From contig NC_016803.1 in NCBI RefSeq assembly GCF_000189295.2, forward strand, positions 3,690,001 to 3,722,000: a stretch of 32,000 nucleotides of DNA, read 5' to 3'. The translations under genes and the position numbers were made by a program. Under the pieces are notes generated by a model. It was not told where the DNA came from. It did not search any database and saw nothing but the letters and a program-made list of their open reading frames with translations. The stretch comes from Pseudodesulfovibrio mercurii. GTDB lineage: Bacteria > Desulfobacterota > Desulfovibrionia > Desulfovibrionales > Desulfovibrionaceae. Within the stretch, counting starts at the first letter, position 1. Every line of letters starts with the position of its first letter. This document shows positions 29,620 to 32,000 of this stretch, in pieces.

Positions 29620-30359
29620 TCCCCATCCGCGACAACGTGCCGCGCGTCACCCGGCCCTACGCCGTGACGACCATCATCGCGCTCAATTTCGTGGTCTTCC
29701 TGTTCGTGTTCTCCCTGCCGCCCGAGGCCAGGGCGCGGGTCTTCTATCTGTTCGGGGTCGTTCCGGCCCGGTTCTTCGAGCCGGACTGGGCGGCCTGGGC
29801 CGGTTTCCCCGACACCATGGGCTGGCCGTTCCTGACCTACATGTTCCTGCACGGCGGCTGGCTGCACGTCATCCTGAACATGTGGATGCTCTGGATCTTC
29901 GGCGACAACATCGAGGACGTCACCGGGCACGGCTGGTTCGTGCTCTTCTACGTGCTCTGCGGCCTGGCCGCCGTGGCCACGCACATGGCCTTCGAGCGGA
30001 CCTCGCCCCTGCCCGTGGTCGGGGCGTCCGGAGCCATCGCCGGGGTCATGGGCGCGTACATCGTGCTCTACCCCCACGGCCGGGTCCTGACCCTCATCCC
30101 GGTCTTTTTCCTCCCCCTCTTTTTCCGCATCCCCGCCTCCCTGTTCCTGGGATTCTGGTTCGTCATGCAGATCCTCTCCGGGGTGTACTCCACGGCCCAA
30201 AGCGCCCAGAACGTGGCCTGGTGGGCGCACGTTGGGGGCTTCCTCACCGGCATCGTCCTCATCCGCTGGTTCCGCAGACCCGGCCGCTGCCGTTACTGCT
30301 ACAACCCGGACAGCAAGGACTACGACCCCGAGGAGCCGGGGCCGCCGCCTGCGTTGTAA
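29616..30359 (+). CDS. Rhomboid-family intramembrane serine protease
   Basis: 'HGGWLHVILNMWMLWIFG', catalytic 'GASGAIAGVMGA', and His in 'WAHVGGFLTG'. The GTG start overlaps the upstream stop (GTGA). The rest of the listed 800-aa ORF is antisense-frame noise. Confidence 0.85.
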   Translation: MIPIRDNVPRVTRPYAVTTIIALNFVVFLFVFSLPPEARARVFYLFGVVPARFFEPDWAAWAGFPDTMGWPFLTYMFLHGGWLHVILNMWMLWIFGDNIEDVTGHGWFVLFYVLCGLAAVATHMAFERTSPLPVVGASGAIAGVMGAYIVLYPHGRVLTLIPVFFLPLFFRIPASLFLGFWFVMQILSGVYSTAQSAQNVAWWAHVGGFLTGIVLIRWFRRPGRCRYCYNPDSKDYDPEEPGPPPAL

Positions 30360-30417
30360 GAGGAAGCAGGTGTGGATGCCGCTTCGCGGCGATGTCGGGT
30401 GGTTTCGCCTTGATTCG

Positions 30418-30542
30418 CCCCGTCCTGGGGCTCACCCCTACGGGGCCGCGCCTTATCGGGCGCGGTCCAAATCCGCTGTCCTGCGGATTTGTCGGCGGGC
30501 AAGGGCTCGCACCCTTGCATCCCTCTATGGCGCCTTCGGCGC
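30418..30542. other. Array of five consecutive short hairpins in a convergent intergenic region
   Basis: The five hairpins are: ccccgt..acgggg with nested gggg-ctca-cccc; ccgcgcc-ttatcg-ggcgcgg; caaatccgc-tgtcct-gcggatttg; gcaaggg-ctcgca-cccttgc; gcgcc-ttc-ggcgc. Confidence 0.6.
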
Positions 30543-30564
30543 GGAGTGCGATATCTAGTATAGA

Positions 30565-31113
30565 TTATGGGTGCCGGAACCGTTCGGCCAGGTGCCAGCG
30601 GTCCACCAATGCCGCCACGGCGGGCGGGACCAGGGAGCGCCACTCGCCGCCGTCGCGGATGGCCGCGCGCACGGCCGTGCCGTTGATGCCCTTTTCACGC
30701 TCGGGCCGCTCCCACATGACCTCGGTCTTCAGGCCCAGCTCCCGGAACCGCCTGAGCTTCTCCCGTCCCCAGTCGTCGTAGATGGTCAGGAAGTAGACCG
30801 CGTCGCGCGGGGCGCGCTGTTCGAGCAGCTCCGGGCAGTTGATGGGGAAGGGGATCACCGAGAAGGCGTGCCGGTCCACTCCGGCCTCCATCAGGGCGGC
30901 CTCGATCATGGCCTTGCGCTCCTCGAAGGTCAGGGGGTTGTTCTCCCGGCTGGACCGGGCCGGGTTGGTCGCCTCGTCGCGGGTGGTGGCCGCGTCCGGG
31001 TTGGTCACGCCGATGATCAGCCGGTCGCACAGCGCCTTGCCCGCCAGCAGGTAGACCAGATGGTCGTTGTGCAGGACCTGGAACCGTCCGTGGATGAAGC
31101 CGAGGGGGTGCAT
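30565..31113 (-). CDS. Cytidylyltransferase-fold protein resembling archaeal-type nicotinamide-nucleotide adenylyltransferase (NadM-like)
   Basis: 'GFIHGRFQVLHNDH' matches the GRFQPxHxGH nucleotidyltransferase N-terminus, but with HNDH in place of HxGH. I preferred the ATG at 31113 (AGGAG 6 nt upstream). The GTG at 31119, which overlaps the upstream stop, is the alternative. Confidence 0.7.
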   Translation of the reverse strand: MHPLGFIHGRFQVLHNDHLVYLLAGKALCDRLIIGVTNPDAATTRDEATNPARSSRENNPLTFEERKAMIEAALMEAGVDRHAFSVIPFPINCPELLEQRAPRDAVYFLTIYDDWGREKLRRFRELGLKTEVMWERPEREKGINGTAVRAAIRDGGEWRSLVPPAVAALVDRWHLAERFRHP

Positions 31114-31115
31114 GG

Positions 31116-32000
31116 TCACTCCTGGGGGTCGAGGATGAACGGGGGGTGGTCGCCGGGCCAGTACTCCACCGGGTCGGGCGTGTCGTGGATGCCGACCAGC
31201 CGGGCGCGGTCCAGGTAGTTCAGGACCGAAAAGAGGAATTCGCGGCCGCGCATGCAGCCCAGCGCGCCTCCGGCCACACTGATCTCGTCGAAGGCGGTCA
31301 CCGCGTCCCTCCGCACGCCCTCGCCCGCGAACAGCAGCGGTACCGGCTCGCCCGAGTGGATCAGCCCGCCGCAGCTCGGGGTGGAGTGGTCCCCGGTCAC
31401 GGCCAGGAGCAGACGCGGGTCGGCCAGGATGGCGTCGGCCACCCCTTTGAGCCCCCGGTCCAGGGACTCGATGACCCGGACCTTGGCCTCCGGGTCCTTG
31501 GTGTGGGCCGCCTGGTCCGGGGTCTTGGTGTGCACGTGGATGAAGTCGAAATCGTCCGCCCGGTCCAGGGCCAGGCGGATGCGCTCGGCCAGGTCCGCGC
31601 CCGGATCGCCCGTGTCGCGCGCCCGGAGAAATTCCATGCCCGTGAACCGGGCCAGCCCCGCGTACATGGCCCCGGTGGCGATGGACAGGCCGCGCAACCC
31701 GTACCGTTCGCGCAGGGAGGGGCAGGGCTTGAGCCGCCCGGCCCGCTGGGTGACCAGCCCGTCGGCCGGGACCTGTCCGGCCTGTTCCCGTGCGCGGTTC
31801 ATGGGCAGGTCGGCCAGGATGCGGTGCGCCCGGACCAGGTAGTCGGCCAGGAACGCGGCCGTGCGCCGGGCCGCCGGGTCGTGGGCCTGCTCCCGCAGGG
31901 GCAGGGGACGCGGCAGGAGGCGGCCGTCCACCATGGGGTTGGTGTCGGTGACGAAGGGCGAGACGTCGCCGCGCAGCACCAGCACACCGAACAGGCCGCC
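31116..32000 (-). CDS. Cofactor-independent phosphoglycerate mutase-like metalloenzyme (ApgM / proposed homoserine kinase family), 5' end outside the window
   Basis: 'VLVLRGD..SP..TDTNP', 'DFIHVHTKTPDQAAHTKD', 'VTGDHSTPS' and 'HSGEPVPLLF' are alkaline-phosphatase-superfamily ApgM-type blocks. The frame stays open to position 32000. Confidence 0.75.
   Translation of the reverse strand, partial: GGLFGVLVLRGDVSPFVTDTNPMVDGRLLPRPLPLREQAHDPAARRTAAFLADYLVRAHRILADLPMNRAREQAGQVPADGLVTQRAGRLKPCPSLRERYGLRGLSIATGAMYAGLARFTGMEFLRARDTGDPGADLAERIRLALDRADDFDFIHVHTKTPDQAAHTKDPEAKVRVIESLDRGLKGVADAILADPRLLLAVTGDHSTPSCGGLIHSGEPVPLLFAGEGVRRDAVTAFDEISVAGGALGCMRGREFLFSVLNYLDRARLVGIHDTPDPVEYWPGDHPPFILDPQE

Overview
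This is a GC-rich chromosomal segment (GC judged by eye, not computed) packed almost entirely with housekeeping genes. The gene content points to a Desulfovibrio-like sulfate reducer (Desulfovibrionaceae); this is an inference, based mainly on a CcmE with a CxxxY heme-binding motif and a Ccm cluster with no ccmG or ccmH.

Gene order:
- proA, then a 587-bp repeat and hairpin cluster, then nadD and a translationally coupled membrane-anchored hypothetical protein
- a convergent GT9 heptosyltransferase-family gene
- a CNNM/CBS transporter, then ccmE-F-A-B-C-D and a CcmI-like TPR gene
- livK-H-M-G-F (branched-chain amino-acid ABC transporter)
- guaB and guaA
- tatB and tatC
- hisB, a lipoprotein gene, and hisA
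- a 667-bp gene-free spacer containing a 71-nt pure pyrimidine tract
- on the minus strand: mscS, a GT2 glycosyltransferase, uraA and upp
- a fused rluD-coaE gene coupled to a rhomboid protease gene
- a convergent NadM-like nucleotidyltransferase and an ApgM-like metalloenzyme gene that runs off the right edge

I found no tRNA or rRNA genes, CRISPR array, transposase, integrase, toxin-antitoxin pair or recognisable defence genes. I see no convincing evidence for a novel multi-gene system in this window.

The features most worth a second look are:
- non-coding: the duplicated palindromic repeat cluster splitting proA from nadD, the homopyrimidine tract, and a five-hairpin array
- protein architecture: the RluD-CoaE fusion, the acidic N-terminal extension on TatC, the HNDH variant motif in the NadM-like protein, and a lipoprotein gene wedged into hisB-hisA
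- regulatory: an AAGAGAGG motif shared by the upp and uraA ribosome-binding regions

The many long antisense ORFs in the six-frame track are high-GC artefacts.
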